A stretch of DNA of 64,000 nt from Dictyostelium discoideum (Eukaryota). Position 1 is the stretch's first letter, and every line of letters begins with the position of its first letter. The DNA lies in NCBI GenBank assembly GCA_000004695.1, contig CM000150.2, forward strand, positions 1,184,001 to 1,248,000. The letters run 5' to 3'. Below the pieces are notes generated by a model. The model had not been told where the DNA came from. It saw only the letters and a program-made list of their open reading frames with translations, and did no database searches. This document shows positions 62,116 to 64,000 of this stretch, piece by piece. A program made the translations under genes and the position numbers.

Positions 62116-63617
62116 TTATGGTTTTGGTTGTGGTGGTGAATTTAATTGATTAAAAAGTTCATTTATATCACTACCTGGTTTTCCATGTTTTTCAAAGATT
62201 TTACCTAAAAGTTTAACAGCTTCAACTCTTTGTTTTAAAATTCTTTTCTCTACACCTTTTGCACCTAAAACACGTTCACATACTTCTCTAACTACACTAT
62301 CGATATCCAATCTACCAATTTTCCAAATTAATTTCAAGCCTTCTTTAAACATACTCTCTTGTTTGGAGGATGGTATACCAGTGGCGGAAGTCTCATCCAA
62401 TACACCTTCCTCTTGAAGTGATTTTTGCATTTTCAAAGCGGCACTAACCACACTAACAATCTCTTTTGCTTTATGACCTTTCTCAGAGATCTCATGAAAG
62501 AAACCAAAGAGTGAATGTTGTTTTGCCTCTTGAATGTAAATATAACCCAATAGGGACAACAAATCCAAACCACCTGGTGCTGCAGCCATCTCTTTAGCTT
62601 CGTTGACTACCATATTTTCAAAGTCAGCTTTATTGCCTTGAACATATGGTTCCACTTTTATCTCTAAATACTTTGATAGACTCGCTACTCTCTCGTTTCT
62701 CTTTTTTACTGCTTCCTCTTGTTCCTTTATTTGATCCTCTGGAGTTGGTGTTTCACCATTTGCTTGTTTTGTAAATACTTCATAAAATGATAAATCTCCA
62801 AAATAATTTTGAAATAATCCACCACCAAATATCATTCTAAACAAATCAATTGGATCAATATCCATTTCATTAACTGAATCTAAACCATATTCATCATATC
62901 TTTTTTTTTTTTTTTTTTTTTAATATTAAAAAAATTAAAAATTAAAAATTAAAAATTAAAAATTAAAAAATTAATAAATTATTTATATTGTAAAAAATAA
63001 ATAAAAAATAATAAATAAAAAATAATATATAATAATAATAATAATAACTTACTTCTTTCTCTTATCTTCATCAGATAAAACTGAATATGCTTCACTAACT
63101 TTTTTAAACATTTCCTCTGCATATAAATCATTTTTGTTTTTATCTGGATGATATTCTTTTGCTAATTTATAATATGCTTTTGTAATTTCATTCTTTGTTG
63201 CTGTGGATGGTACACCCAATAATTCATAAAAGTCAATTCTTTCTTTATATACAGTTTCATGGGATGGTTTTGCTAATGCTTGCATTGAAGAACGTATCTT
63301 TTTTTTTTTTTTTTTTTTTTTTTATTGAATTATAAAATATATATATAATATTATTAATTATGTTTTTATTTTTATTTATTTAATTATTTTATGATTATTA
63401 TATTTTAATTTATTCATACAGTTTTAGCTCTTTCTACAAAATCACTTTTTTCAAAGCAACTTGCATAACTACCACCCCCACTGGTAATTAATTCTTTTAA
63501 TTTTTGAACTGATAGATTTTGAAGTTCATCCTCTTTATAATTTGAGAGTGAATCTGTTGGTGTTGTTGTTGTTGGTGTTGGTGTTGTTGTTGTTGGTGTT
63601 GCTGTGGTTGTACTCAT
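62116..63617 (-). CDS. DnaJ (J-domain) protein with C-terminal DnaJ-X domain; exons 63297-63053 (J domain, HPD) and 62899-62116; a possible extra 5' exon 63617-63420 (Thr-rich, SAP-like [10 protein letters not shown]) is uncertain
   Basis: The J domain [61 protein letters not shown]|KYDEYG is completed across a phase-2 intron (AA|GTAAGT ... AAAAAG|A). Downstream is a DnaJ-X-type region (Caj1/Djp1-like). Upstream ORF 63617-63420 ends at a GTATGA donor, 122 nt before an AG that is in frame with [10 protein letters not shown]. Confidence 0.7.
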
Positions 63618-63963
63618 ATTTTATTATATATATATAAATATATGATTGTATTATAATTTATTGAATAATTTGTTATGTGTAGTATTTATTTTTAATTTGG
63701 AGTAAAAAACACTCATAAAAACATGAAAATAAAAAAATAAAAAAATACAAAAAAAAAAAAAAAATAAAAAAAAAAATAAAAAAAATAAAATTAAAATTAA
63801 ATTAAATTTTTAATTTTTCAAATATTAGTTTCACAAAACACTTGAGATAACCAGTTCCTTTTACATATAAATATGAATCATTTTCAATAAAATCATCTCT
63901 CATATCTTCATGGGAAATAAAATAAAATAAAATAAAAAATAAAAAAATAATTCATTAAGATAC

Positions 63964-64000
<37 letters not shown>

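Noticed and set aside
63841-63935. Minus-strand ATGAGAGATGATTTTATTGAAAATGATTCATATTTATAT|GTAAAAGG near the right edge, a possible first exon of a further gene.
   Set aside because: Only ~13 codons before a weak GTAAAA donor, and the rest would lie outside the window. It cannot be evaluated.

Overview
The window is 64 kb of very AT-rich, microsatellite-laden eukaryotic DNA with short AT-rich GT..AG introns and poly-N/poly-Q coding tracts. This is typical of Dictyostelium discoideum (social amoeba) chromosomal DNA. It is not a prokaryotic or phage locus. I found about 24 protein-coding genes on both strands, and I worked out exon structures by hand from frame continuity, GT/AG signals and homology of the conceptual translations.

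Confident identifications are:
- a DENN-domain protein
- COG4
- the Fused-family kinase TsuA (tsunami)
- dihydropyrimidine dehydrogenase (pyd1)
- the gamma-secretase subunit APH-1
- an MST/Hippo-type STE20 kinase carrying four calpain-domain-III modules (KrsB-like)
- a Dicer-like RNase III with an N-terminal dsRBD
- MOCS3/Uba4
- coatomer alpha (copA)
- an M20 carboxypeptidase
- a Yippee protein
- a CX5R dual-specificity phosphatase
- a DnaJ / DnaJ-X protein

The most unusual structure is a tandem array at about 23.1-30.0 kb. It holds two intact copies, one truncated fragment and one decayed pseudogene of a lineage-specific gene. That gene has a predicted 4-nt first coding exon, a degenerate F-box-like motif and a hypervariable (GAAAAT)n -> (Glu-Asn)n tail. 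Each repeat unit also carried along the last codons of the neighbouring convergent gene.

I found no tRNA, rRNA, transposon or CRISPR features. Many ORF-track entries are antisense or alternate-frame artefacts of microsatellites.
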